Of a DNA stretch of 46,001 nt, positions 1 to 8,413 are shown piece after piece. The notes below the pieces were generated by a model. It did not search any database and had not been told where the DNA came from. It saw only the letters and a program-made list of their open reading frames with translations. Position numbers and translations under genes: made by a program. Source of the DNA: Candidatus Iainarchaeum sp. (GTDB taxonomy: Archaea > Iainarchaeota > Iainarchaeia > Iainarchaeales > DTGL01). Each line of letters starts with the position of its first letter. Position 1 is the stretch's first letter. The stretch is from the NCBI GenBank assembly GCA_021163505.1, contig JAGGVE010000004.1:1-46001 (forward strand), read 5' to 3'.

Positions 1-723
1 CCAACAAGCGGAACACAGCTTGACACCACCACTCCAACAGTGAGGTTTATAGCTGAGGATAATGTTGGTGGCTCGGGCATTAACTTAGGTGCCCTAACAG
101 TAAATATAAACGGCAGCAATGCAACAGTAACGCTTGATTGCAACAGCTCGGACAATAACAGGATACAGACATGTGCGTTCGATGTGCCTTCGGCAAATGC
201 ATTCAATGATCCATCATCTGGAAACTCCATCACCATAACAGTGCAGGACTTTGCAGGGACTACAGGCAGTGCAACAGCAAGCAATTTGAGCGTGGATACA
301 AACGATTACATAAGAGTTCACAACGTAACTGCAGCTAAGACTAAAGGCATAGCGGATAATAGCTACGCTAACGGCTGGCGCTTTGATTTCAATGTTACAT
401 TTGGCACATCAGCGAGCGGAGATAAGAACAAGCTGAGGATAAAGCTTGATGACTGGGTGAATTCGAGCAACTCCAGCTATACTATTGAGGTAGAAGGCAA
501 CGCTCGCATGGTGTATGATGCAAATGTGAACGGAGTAAAGACTACAAAGATATACTACATAGCGAACGATTATAACACAGATGCTACGGTGTATGCGTTC
601 TGGGATCATAACCCGAACACAACAGCGATAGATGCAAACTTCTACATTGAGCAGAAGATTCCAAGCAGTACTGCGGCAGGAACATACTATACAACCTACT
701 ACATCAAAAACTATAGCAGCTGA
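1..723 (+). CDS. Secreted/cell-surface beta-rich glycoprotein, C-terminal part (5'-truncated); Ig-like domain followed by a terminal beta domain
   Basis: Frame is open from base 1 (PTSGTQLDTTTPTVRFI...), so the track start at 40 is internal. N/T/S/D-rich. Ig-like signature (ITITVQDFAG). About 10 N-x-S/T sequons. No C-terminal membrane anchor. Confidence 0.75.
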   Translation, partial: PTSGTQLDTTTPTVRFIAEDNVGGSGINLGALTVNINGSNATVTLDCNSSDNNRIQTCAFDVPSANAFNDPSSGNSITITVQDFAGTTGSATASNLSVDTNDYIRVHNVTAAKTKGIADNSYANGWRFDFNVTFGTSASGDKNKLRIKLDDWVNSSNSSYTIEVEGNARMVYDANVNGVKTTKIYYIANDYNTDATVYAFWDHNPNTTAIDANFYIEQKIPSSTAAGTYYTTYYIKNYSS

Positions 724-745
724 TAGCCAAAAAATTTGAGGTGTA

Positions 746-2365
746 ATGATGTATGCGGAGAGGGCTTTTGCCCCTTTATTTATTATTTTATATTCAATTC
801 TCTTAGCATCGCTAGTTTTGGGTGCTGAAGTTAGTGGTACAATTGGAGATGAAAATGCACACGCTGGAGCAAGCGGAGATGTGAAAATAGGTGGAGATGC
901 TTATTTAGCGAATGGTTACGCTTGCACTGCTGATTGGGAGTGTTATTCTGGGCATTGTGCGAGCGATTTTGATGGAAGTGGCTCTTGGTGTGCGCCAGCA
1001 ACAAGCTGTGCGCATGATGGGACTATTTACGCAGATGGGGAATCTACTTGTTACGGAACTCGAATAAAGGAAACCTGCACAAGTGGCTCGTGGGTGGCTG
1101 AAGCATGTTCTGGCTCCTGCGAAAATGGTGTTTGCGTTGGTGGGGCTACGCCAACTCCAACACCACCAACAGGTGGTGGAGGCGCTCCAGGCGGTGGCGC
1201 TGGCGGTGCTGGTCCAGGAGCAAGCCCAACACCAACTCCTGAAACTCCAACAAGCGAGGAAGTGTTCCACACAAGCACAACGTATGTGCCAAGTGCAGAG
1301 GAGCTGGAGGAATTGCTTACAGAAGCGGGTTTCTCGCAGGAGGAGATTGAGGAGGCGACTCAGCAGGCAGAGAATGTTGAAATAACTAAGGAGCTAAGCG
1401 TTGTAAAAGAGATAGTGGATGGTGAAGAAAAATATACTAGCACATTTGAAGTTAGGGTACTCAATAAAAGCGCCAATAGATTCAGCGATATAACGATTGT
1501 GGAGAGCATTCCAAAGAATGTTGCGGAGCATGCAAGTGAAATACACTCGCTAAGCGATTTCAGGGTGCTTGAAGCAGACCCGGTAATTGCTTGGGATATT
1601 GCAAAGCTTGAGCCTAATGAAGTGGTTGTTATAGAGTATTGGGTTGAGAAAGAATTGCCTGAAGAAACCCTGAACGAGGTAAAAACTGCATTCTTTGCAG
1701 AAAAAGCAGAAATAGTGGAAGAAAAAACTGGTTCCCTTACTGTAACTCTAAAGGACGAACAGGGGAATATAATAAAAGAACCGGTTGCTGTTGAACTAAC
1801 TAATTTGGAAGGAAATGTGATAATTTCAAAAAGCAGCATTGATGGAAGGGCCGTATTTGAAAATATCCTTGAAGGAAAATATTACGTAGTAGTTGAGGAG
1901 AGTGCAAACTTTAAAGGAAGCAAAATGCTTGTTTATGTTGTCGCTGGCAAGGAAAAAACAGTGGAAATTACTTTAGAGAGTAAAATCGCCATAACGCCAA
2001 CGGTAACGCCAACAGCTACGCCTGCGGTGCCACCAAAAAAGCCAGATTATACGGGACTGATAATACTCATAATACTTGCCTGTCTTGCGTATTTAGGCTA
2101 CTACTTCTGGAAAAAGAAAGCTAAACCAGCGAAGGCAAAGAGAGCTAAGAGAAGAAGGTGGGCTGTTGAAGAAAAAGAGCATGAAGAGAAGCCTGCTGAA
2201 GAAAAACCGGCTGTTAGGGAAGAGGCGGCGAAGGAAAAGCCTGCTGAAGTAGTGCCAGAAGAGAAAGAAGAGGAAGAGAAACCAGTGGAAGAAGTACCTA
2301 AAGAAGAGCCTAAACCTCCGAGGAAAAAGAGGAAGAAAAGGGTAAGCAAATTTAGGCGCCCGTAG
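746..2365 (+). CDS. Type I membrane-anchored surface protein: signal peptide, Cys-rich domain, Pro/Gly linker, acidic beta domain, carboxypeptidase-regulatory-like domain, TM helix, long charged cytoplasmic tail
   Basis: GAGGTG RBS at about 738 (start may be the second ATG at 749). Hydrophobic N-terminus ending VLGA. Cys cluster at residues about 59-128. PTPTPPTGGGG linker. TGSLTVTLKDEQGN...EGKYYVVV repeat-domain signature. TM GLIILIILACLAYLGYYFW followed by KKKAK. Confidence 0.8.
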   Translation: MMYAERAFAPLFIILYSILLASLVLGAEVSGTIGDENAHAGASGDVKIGGDAYLANGYACTADWECYSGHCASDFDGSGSWCAPATSCAHDGTIYADGESTCYGTRIKETCTSGSWVAEACSGSCENGVCVGGATPTPTPPTGGGGAPGGGAGGAGPGASPTPTPETPTSEEVFHTSTTYVPSAEELEELLTEAGFSQEEIEEATQQAENVEITKELSVVKEIVDGEEKYTSTFEVRVLNKSANRFSDITIVESIPKNVAEHASEIHSLSDFRVLEADPVIAWDIAKLEPNEVVVIEYWVEKELPEETLNEVKTAFFAEKAEIVEEKTGSLTVTLKDEQGNIIKEPVAVELTNLEGNVIISKSSIDGRAVFENILEGKYYVVVEESANFKGSKMLVYVVAGKEKTVEITLESKIAITPTVTPTATPAVPPKKPDYTGLIILIILACLAYLGYYFWKKKAKPAKAKRAKRRRWAVEEKEHEEKPAEEKPAVREEAAKEKPAEVVPEEKEEEEKPVEEVPKEEPKPPRKKRKKRVSKFRRP

Positions 2366-2444
2366 CTTCATTTTGATTGGGAAGCCACTTTTTAGAGGAA
2401 GGTTTAAAAGAAAATTTGGGATTATTTTAATAGAGGCGAGGGAA

Positions 2445-2636
2445 ATGAGCAGGGTTATTGAAGTGATTTATAAGAACGGCGTATTCAAACCCTTTGGAAA
2501 GGTAAGATTGAAGGAAGGGGAAAGGTTTAAAATCATGTTAAAAAGGATTGATCTAAAGAAATTTGTGATGAGCAAGCTTGCAGAGAAGGAGATAAACAAA
2601 TTGGAAAAAAGGTTTGAAAATGAGAATATTTATTGA
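2445..2636 (+). CDS. AF2212/DUF104-like antitoxin (VapB-type)
   Basis: MSRVIEVIYKNGVFKP..KVRLKEGE is the typical AF2212-family N-terminus. ATG 2445 follows GAGGCGAGGG and is preferred to the track TTG at 2373. Overlaps the PIN gene start. Confidence 0.85.
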   Translation: MSRVIEVIYKNGVFKPFGKVRLKEGERFKIMLKRIDLKKFVMSKLAEKEINKLEKRFENENIY

Positions 2637-3088
2637 TAGCTCTGTTTTTATAAGACATTACTATGGAGTTGAAACTGCACTAACTCTTTTGGATACTGCA
2701 ATAAATAAAAACGATGCAGCTATTTCTCAAAATGTGGTTGAAGAGGTGTTTTTCAAGCTGTTATATATGGAAACCAAAAGAATCTACGGTAAAACAGGCA
2801 AATACAGAACTAAGAAAAATTTTATACGGAACCCTGAAAAATTTGGCCTTGTAAAAGAATATATTGAGGGGTTTTTTAATAGAAAGTATAGAACAGGATA
2901 TTATTGAGCTGTTGGAGGTAAATGAAGATATTTTAAGAGATTCTGTAAAAGTGTCCTTCACATACCGCTTGCTCCCAAACGATGCCCTGATTGCTGCTAC
3001 GTGCAAATATTATGGAATTAGGAAGATTGCTACATTTGATGAAGATTTTGATAGGGCAAGGTTTCTGGAAAGAGTGAATGTTCGCTGA
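2620..3088 (+). pseudogene. vapC: PIN-domain (VapC) toxin split by a +1 frameshift
   Basis: N-half MRIFIDSSVF...EEV (2620-2907) and C-half LLPNDALIAATC...IATFDEDF (to 3088) lie in different frames. They join at GAGGGGTTTTTTAAT (about 2866-2880). Deleting one G or T restores ...YIEGFLIESIEQ... and a protein of about 155 aa. Confidence 0.85.
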
Positions 3089-3135
3089 GCGCTTGCAGTT
3101 CAATTTAGCTCTAATTTTTAAAATTATTTCAGCAA

Positions 3136-3148
3136 AATTTATTTATAG
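3136..3148 (+). promoter_or_regulatory. Putative TATA box of the pilus ATPase operon
   Basis: TTTATTTATA about 22-30 nt upstream of ATG 3169, with no clear SD. This is compatible with a leaderless or short-leader transcript. Confidence 0.4.
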
Positions 3149-3168
3149 CTGCTGAGAGAGTTGGTTGC

Positions 3169-4923
3169 ATGCACCTAAAGCTTGATGCCGATTTGTGCGA
3201 ACAGTGCAAAGAAAAGCTATGTATGAAAGGCTGCCCCAATGGCTTGGATTTGAATGCTCTAAAGTGTGTGCATTGCGATCCTGATAAGGCACCGTGCGCA
3301 TTGGCGTGCAAGCAGGATGCGTTTTACAAGGTTACTGAACAGGTGCTTGCGATAGATGAGAGCAAATGCAATGGTTGCGGTGATTGCGTACTGGCATGTC
3401 CTTATGGGGCAATAACAATAAAGAATGGAAAAGCAAAGAAATGCGATCTGTGCGCAAGCTACAATTTTGAAATTGCATGCATAAATAACTGCAAGTATGG
3501 GGCTATAAAGGTAGAGAAAACCGAGCGGGAGATGAAAGAGATAGAAAGAGCGCTTGGTTGGTTTTGTTTTGAAGTAAAAGAAGGTGTGCAGAGGATTTAT
3601 AGGGAAAAACCAAAAATAATTGAAGCAAACAATGAGCTTTGGTACTTATTAGAATTACCTGAGCTTTCACTTGAGGAAGCAAAGCTTGTAAAATTTGCTC
3701 TTGAAGAATTCCAAAACAATGGCTACAAAGAAAAGGAGATTGAAAAAGCGCTTGCAAACTACTGCAGGAAGAACCTCATCGTGCTTGAAAAAGAGCAGAA
3801 GGATTATATAAAGCGCCTGCTGAAAAACCTAACTCAGTGCTACGGTCCTCTAAGCGAGCTCATCGCTGATGATGAGCTTGAGGAAATTGCTCTTATTGGG
3901 CTTGGCAGAGAGAAACCAGTAAAGGTTTTTCATCAGTGCTTTGGCTGGTGCAACTGCAACCTTTACTTTGCAACTGAGCAAGCGGTTAGAGCGCTTGTAA
4001 ATAGGATGCTCCAAAAAACAGAAAGAAGACTAACGCTGAACGCACCGCGAGTGAACGGCACGCTGCCAGATGGCTCAAGAATAAATGCAACACTGCCACC
4101 AGTGTCATTAGGTGAGCCTACCTTTACAATAAGGAAGTTCAATGTAAAGCGCTTTACGCCAGCTGAACTTATAAGAAATAAAACTTTTAGCTTGGAGCTC
4201 ATGGCATTTTTATGGTGCGTTATGCAGGCAGATTGCTCGCTGGTAATAGCTGGAAACACAGGCAGTGGAAAAACCACAAGCTTGAATGCAATATTCTCCT
4301 TCGTACCATTAAACGAGCGTATAGTGGTTATTGAAGAAACCCCGGAGCTTAAAATCCCACATAAGCATGTTGTGAAGCTAACAGTGTGCAGGGAAAAGGG
4401 AATAGAAATGCATAATCTTATTGAGGATTCGCTGAGGATGCGACCGGATAGGATTATTGTAAGCGAGATAAGAAGTGCTGAAGAAACAAAGGCTTTTATA
4501 AACACCCTGCTGGCTGGCCAGGGAAAGGGCAGTTATGCAACATTCCATGCAAATTCCGCTAAAGAAGCAGTAAAAAGGCTCGAATTTCTCGGAATAAGGA
4601 GCACAGACATAGCAAGCATTGATCTGCTTTTAATACAGAGGCGATGGCCTCGGGCAATGAATAAACGAATATTCGAAGAACGAAGAATGATTGAAGTGGC
4701 TGAACTCTCGGAAAAAGCCAAGCTAAGGATGCTTTACAGATTCAATTATAAAAAGAACAGGCTGATAAAAACCAACAAAAGCAGGCGCATAGCTGAGAAG
4801 ATTGAGAGAACATTTGGAGCGAGGGCAAGCAAGGTTATAAAGGAAAGGGAAAAAGCTCTGAAAAAATATTTGCAGGCAGGGAAAAACATTGTTGATTTTT
4901 TGAGTGAGGTAAATGTCCATTGA
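3169..4923 (+). CDS. Type II/IV secretion (VirB11/TadA/FlaI-like) ATPase with fused N-terminal 4x[4Fe-4S] ferredoxin-like domain
   Basis: Residues 1-115 contain 16 Cys in four groups, including CNGCGDCVLACP and KCDLC. ATPase motifs: LPDGSRIN, TFTIRKF, Walker A GNTGSGKTT, Asp-box IEETPEL, Walker B LRMRPDRIIVSEIR, His-box ATFHANS. Confidence 0.92.
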   Translation: MHLKLDADLCEQCKEKLCMKGCPNGLDLNALKCVHCDPDKAPCALACKQDAFYKVTEQVLAIDESKCNGCGDCVLACPYGAITIKNGKAKKCDLCASYNFEIACINNCKYGAIKVEKTEREMKEIERALGWFCFEVKEGVQRIYREKPKIIEANNELWYLLELPELSLEEAKLVKFALEEFQNNGYKEKEIEKALANYCRKNLIVLEKEQKDYIKRLLKNLTQCYGPLSELIADDELEEIALIGLGREKPVKVFHQCFGWCNCNLYFATEQAVRALVNRMLQKTERRLTLNAPRVNGTLPDGSRINATLPPVSLGEPTFTIRKFNVKRFTPAELIRNKTFSLELMAFLWCVMQADCSLVIAGNTGSGKTTSLNAIFSFVPLNERIVVIEETPELKIPHKHVVKLTVCREKGIEMHNLIEDSLRMRPDRIIVSEIRSAEETKAFINTLLAGQGKGSYATFHANSAKEAVKRLEFLGIRSTDIASIDLLLIQRRWPRAMNKRIFEERRMIEVAELSEKAKLRMLYRFNYKKNRLIKTNKSRRIAEKIERTFGARASKVIKEREKALKKYLQAGKNIVDFLSEVNVH

Positions 4924-5497
4924 TAATATTATAGAAAGGTACTTTGCAGGCAGAAAAGCCAAGGAAATAGAAGCACAGCTGGTGTTTTTTCTCATGGCTC
5001 TGCGCCTAAACCTTCTCTCCGGACTAAGCCTGGAAAGCTCTCTTAAGAAGGTGAAAAGTGAAGTAAGCGGGGCACTTGCAAAGGAACTCGCAAAGATTGA
5101 AAAAGAACTTGGGAAAGGAAAAGATATTGGCGAAGCGCTCTTGAATTCCGCTTCGCGTATAGAATCGCTTGAATTCAAAAGAGCGTTAAGCCATATAAGC
5201 GAAGTTGCGAGGAGTGGCTATTCTCGGAAGAGCGATACATTAAAGTTGCTCTGTGATGAGTTAATTGAGCTAAGAAAAACAAAGATGCGCGAGTTTTCTT
5301 CGAAGCTTGCAGTACTAAGCTTAATGTTCATAGCTGCAAGCGTAATAATGCCTGCATTATGGTTAGCCTTTGTAATAATGGGCTCTGCGTTCTTCGCATT
5401 GGATATAAGCGCCCTGCAAATATGGCTAAGCGTTACAGTAATCTTTCCAACAATCGCAGTACTGCTATTGCTCTATATAAAAGAAAAGTTTCCGTGA
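4913..5497 (+). CDS. TadB/TadC-like (type II secretion system F domain) membrane platform protein
   Basis: SGLSLESSL...GALAKELAKIEKELGKGKDIGEALLNSASRIESLEFKRAL T2SSF pattern, two C-terminal TM helices, and an overlap with the ATPase stop. Confidence 0.85.
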   Translation: MSIDNIIERYFAGRKAKEIEAQLVFFLMALRLNLLSGLSLESSLKKVKSEVSGALAKELAKIEKELGKGKDIGEALLNSASRIESLEFKRALSHISEVARSGYSRKSDTLKLLCDELIELRKTKMREFSSKLAVLSLMFIAASVIMPALWLAFVIMGSAFFALDISALQIWLSVTVIFPTIAVLLLLYIKEKFP

Positions 5498-5501
5498 TAA
5501 G

Positions 5502-6419
5502 ATGTTTGAAAGTATTGCAAAAGCATTGTTTGCAGAGGAAAGGGTTGAACGATTTAAATTCTTGCTTGGGCATGAGCTTGGATTAAGCATAAAGCGCGCT
5601 GAAATGCTAGCGCTAAGTATAGCGAGCGTATCTGCACTCATATTCTCAGTATTTGCTTTCCTATCTGATTTGAATGGAATTATTATAATTTTTGGGTTTG
5701 TTTGCGCGTTTGTTATTGCATACCTATTTTCCTTCTTCTTCTTTAGTTTTTTGGCAGAGCGAAAACAGAGAGAGAAAGAAAAGAATGCTAGCGTTGCTTT
5801 AATGCAAGCAAGCTTGCTTCCGGAGGGAACAACAGCAGAGCGGATAGTGAAGGAGCTAAGCAAAATGCATAACCCACTTGCCGAAGAATTCAAAATTGTG
5901 CTAAATGAAATAGGAAAAGGTGCCGAAATAAACAATGCATTGGAAAATTTGGCGAAGCGATGCAATGGCAGAGCGATCGCAAAACTAGTGCAATTATTAA
6001 AGATGGCTGATGTTACTGGCGGAGTAACGCCCGCTATGCTGCGAGAAAGTGCTAAGGAAATAGTTGATGAGCAGACACTGGCAAGGGAACGCGCTGCTTT
6101 GCTAACGATACAAAAAGCAACGCTTGTACTCAGCAGCATGATTTTAGTTCCATTTATTCTTGGAACGCTTGCAGGCATCACTAAAAACTTTGATTTAAGC
6201 TACTTGGATGTGCTTGAGCTTGGAAAAGCAAACCAAGCGGCATTGGTAGAAACAGCAGGGCTAGCGAGCAATGTTTATATAGTTGAGCTTGCAATAATCG
6301 CTTCGTTATTTTTGGGCATGCTTGAAAACAATACAAAGAGAGCAATAGCATACTTGCTTTTAATATTGCCTGTTGCTCTTTCCATATTTTATTTTGCTGT
6401 AAGCACCAAGATAGCTTGA
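5502..6419 (+). CDS. TadC/TadB-like (type II secretion system F domain) membrane platform protein
   Basis: Two N-terminal TMs, PLAEEFKIVLNEIGKGAEINNALENLAKR...TGG, three C-terminal TMs. Lies 4 nt after the previous gene. Confidence 0.85.
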   Translation: MFESIAKALFAEERVERFKFLLGHELGLSIKRAEMLALSIASVSALIFSVFAFLSDLNGIIIIFGFVCAFVIAYLFSFFFFSFLAERKQREKEKNASVALMQASLLPEGTTAERIVKELSKMHNPLAEEFKIVLNEIGKGAEINNALENLAKRCNGRAIAKLVQLLKMADVTGGVTPAMLRESAKEIVDEQTLARERAALLTIQKATLVLSSMILVPFILGTLAGITKNFDLSYLDVLELGKANQAALVETAGLASNVYIVELAIIASLFLGMLENNTKRAIAYLLLILPVALSIFYFAVSTKIA

Positions 6420-6573
6420 CAGCAACTGGAGAAGGGCAATGTCAAGTTAATGAGGGCGAGAAATTCTTTATGCACTAAAAACCGCATATTTTTAAAAAAA
6501 TTAAAAATCATTTTCTGTATTTTTTGTCCATAAGCCCTCTATTTTAAAATCATAACCTTTTACTAATATAAAT

Positions 6574-6807
6574 ATGGAAATGCAGTTTGATGTAATAGTG
6601 ATTCAGGATAGCTCTGGCGGATTTATTGGATTTGTTCCAGAACTGCCTGGTTGTCACACCCAGGGTGATACTCTAGATGAACTTATGGAAAATATAAAAG
6701 AAGCCGCAGAGCTCTATATAGAAACTCTTTCTAAGGAAGAAAAAGAAGAACTATTAAAACATAAAACTGAATTTATGGGCATGCAAAAAGTGAAAGTCAA
6801 TGCCTAA
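6574..6807 (+). CDS. hicB: HicB-family antitoxin (short form, no DNA-binding extension)
   Basis: GGFIGFVPELPGCHTQGDTLDELMENIKEAAELYIE is the canonical HicB/UPF0150 motif. Confidence 0.92.
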   Translation: MEMQFDVIVIQDSSGGFIGFVPELPGCHTQGDTLDELMENIKEAAELYIETLSKEEKEELLKHKTEFMGMQKVKVNA

Positions 6808-7039
6808 AATACCTTCCCTAAGCGGAGTTAAGCTCATAAAAATTCTTGAAAAAGTCGGCTTTCAGCGTGTACGACAGAAAGGCTCCCATGTAATTCTGAT
6901 TAATAGCTTCGGAGTTAGAATTGTTGTTCCAATACACCCAAACAGGAAGCTCAAGCAAGGCCTAGTTAGAGTAATAATTAAAGAAGCTGGACTTACTAGG
7001 AAAGAATTTCTTAAACTGTTAAAAAATAGGAAAGCATAG
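6800..7039 (+). CDS. hicA: HicA-family mRNA interferase toxin
   Basis: LIKILEKVGF..VRQKGSHVIL...IVVPIH...GLVRVIIKEAGL with the catalytic GSH. Overlaps hicB by 8 nt. Confidence 0.92.
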   Translation: MPKIPSLSGVKLIKILEKVGFQRVRQKGSHVILINSFGVRIVVPIHPNRKLKQGLVRVIIKEAGLTRKEFLKLLKNRKA

Positions 7040-7074
7040 CGTGTTGCATAACTGATGCTTAAATATGAGTGAGT

Positions 7075-7108
7075 AGCTTGCTTTTCCCTCAGGGGAAAGC
7101 AAACTTTT
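7075..7108 (+). terminator. Hairpin followed by short T tract downstream of hicA
   Basis: TTGCTTTTCCC (7078-7088), loop TCA, GGGGAAAGCAA (7092-7102): 11-bp stem with one G.U pair, then TTTT at 7105-7108. Confidence 0.45.
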
Positions 7109-7249
7109 AAAATGCAATTCGTAAAAATAGAAATAACTAATTTTTATGCCAAATAAGTTAACAGCAACCAAAAAGGGCAAAGATTATTAAAGGGAACGAG
7201 CCACTTTTATTAGGAATTTAAAAAAGATAACGAAAGATGAGGTGATTTT

Positions 7250-7990
7250 GTGATAAAAATAGTTGAGAAAAAGCCGGAAAAGCTTGGAGATTATACTCTG
7301 CTTGAAGGCTTTCCTGGTCTGGGGCTCGTGGGCACGATAGCAGTGAGGTATCTTATAGAGAAGTTGAAATTTGAACCATACGCACATATAGAGAGCGATT
7401 TCTTTATGCCCATAGTACGTATACATAAAGGGCTGCCAATTCATCCATCAACGATCTATATAAACAGGGAGAAAAGGCTTCTAGCATTAATCTCTGAGCA
7501 GATAATACCGCGCACCGGGGTGCTACCCTTAGCTAAGGCTGTTGTTGGATGGGCTAAAAAGAAGGGAATCAAGCGAATAATATCAATCGAGGGAATAGGC
7601 ACGCATTCTGAAGATAAGCGCGAGATGTTATACGGCATAGCCTGCTCAGAAAAAGCGAAAAGAGAGCTATTAAAAAATGGTATAAAACCTGTTAGTGAGG
7701 GCATTACAAGCGGAGTTACCTCTATGATATTGCTTGAGCTTTCAAAGCAAAATAAAATAATTGCCTATTCTCTGCTTGGCAATGTAAAGGTCGCTGAGGA
7801 TTATAAAGCAGCTGCAAGCTGCCTGAATAAGCTTTCAGAGGTACTTAAACTGGATATAGATACAAAACCGCTTCTAAAAGAAGCGAAGCAATTTGAGGCT
7901 GCTTTATTGAAACAGCTTAGGCAGCTTAAAGAAGCACATGAAAACGTGCGCAAGTTTGAGGAAAGTGCACATCCGCTAATGTATACATAA
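7250..7990 (+). CDS. PAC2-family proteasome assembly chaperone (archaeal PbaA/PbaB-like)
   Basis: LLEGFPGLGLVGTIAVRYLIEKL N-terminal signature, GITSGVTSMIL, D..AAA...LDIDTKPLLKEA, and a C-terminal HbYX motif (M-Y-T). GTG start after GAGGTGA. Confidence 0.9.
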   Translation: MIKIVEKKPEKLGDYTLLEGFPGLGLVGTIAVRYLIEKLKFEPYAHIESDFFMPIVRIHKGLPIHPSTIYINREKRLLALISEQIIPRTGVLPLAKAVVGWAKKKGIKRIISIEGIGTHSEDKREMLYGIACSEKAKRELLKNGIKPVSEGITSGVTSMILLELSKQNKIIAYSLLGNVKVAEDYKAAASCLNKLSEVLKLDIDTKPLLKEAKQFEAALLKQLRQLKEAHENVRKFEESAHPLMYT

Positions 7991-8002
7991 CAAGGTGGCG
8001 AA

Positions 8003-8335
8003 ATGGTAAGAAGAATCTTAAATACCGTGAAACGCCGCAGAAGAACCCAGAAAAAAAGTGGCAAGTCCCCTATTGTGAGAGGCATAAAGGAAACGAGGCA
8101 CGCAGGGGTGAAAAAAGTAACAAGAGGGCAGGTAATAGAAGAGCTTGACAGGATCATCCATACTAGAAGTGTTAAATACACGAGACTCCCAACAGAAGTA
8201 TTGATCAGAAGACTTACAAGGGAAGGTCGCGAGGTGTTTAAACGGATAGAAAGGAAGGAGGCTTCCGCCCAAGATTTACAGCAATTAAAGGCAGAGATAC
8301 AAAGGATAAAAGAAGAAGCTGGCGCACAGGGGTAA
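8003..8335 (+). CDS. Basic hypothetical protein, 110 aa
   Basis: AAGGTGG RBS before the ATG. Arg/Lys-rich. Shares a 39-aa motif with the next gene, which supports real coding. Confidence 0.7.
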   Translation: MVRRILNTVKRRRRTQKKSGKSPIVRGIKETRHAGVKKVTRGQVIEELDRIIHTRSVKYTRLPTEVLIRRLTREGREVFKRIERKEASAQDLQQLKAEIQRIKEEAGAQG

Positions 8336-8413
8336 CATCAAAATGTTAAACCAAAAGCATTTTATTCTCCTTTTGCTATTTTCTACTATACACCGTTCTG
8401 AGATGTGGGTGAA

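Noticed and set aside
1135-1250. GC-rich GGT/CCA repeats
   Set aside because: They simply encode a Pro/Thr/Gly linker typical of archaeal surface proteins.
2866-2880. GGGTTTT as a programmed -1 ribosomal frameshift site
   Set aside because: The downstream PIN half is in the +1 frame, so a -1 slip would not join the halves.
3112-3126. AT-only palindromes (TAATTTTTAAAATTA here, ATTTTAAAAT at 6541-6550) as operators
   Set aside because: Expected by chance in AT-rich intergenic DNA, and this short HicB lacks an obvious DNA-binding domain.
3169-6419. Archaellum (flaI/flaJ) assignment
   Set aside because: No archaellin, FlaH or FlaF/G neighbours, and the platform is split into two TadB/TadC-like genes. 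A generic type IV pilus-like system is better supported.
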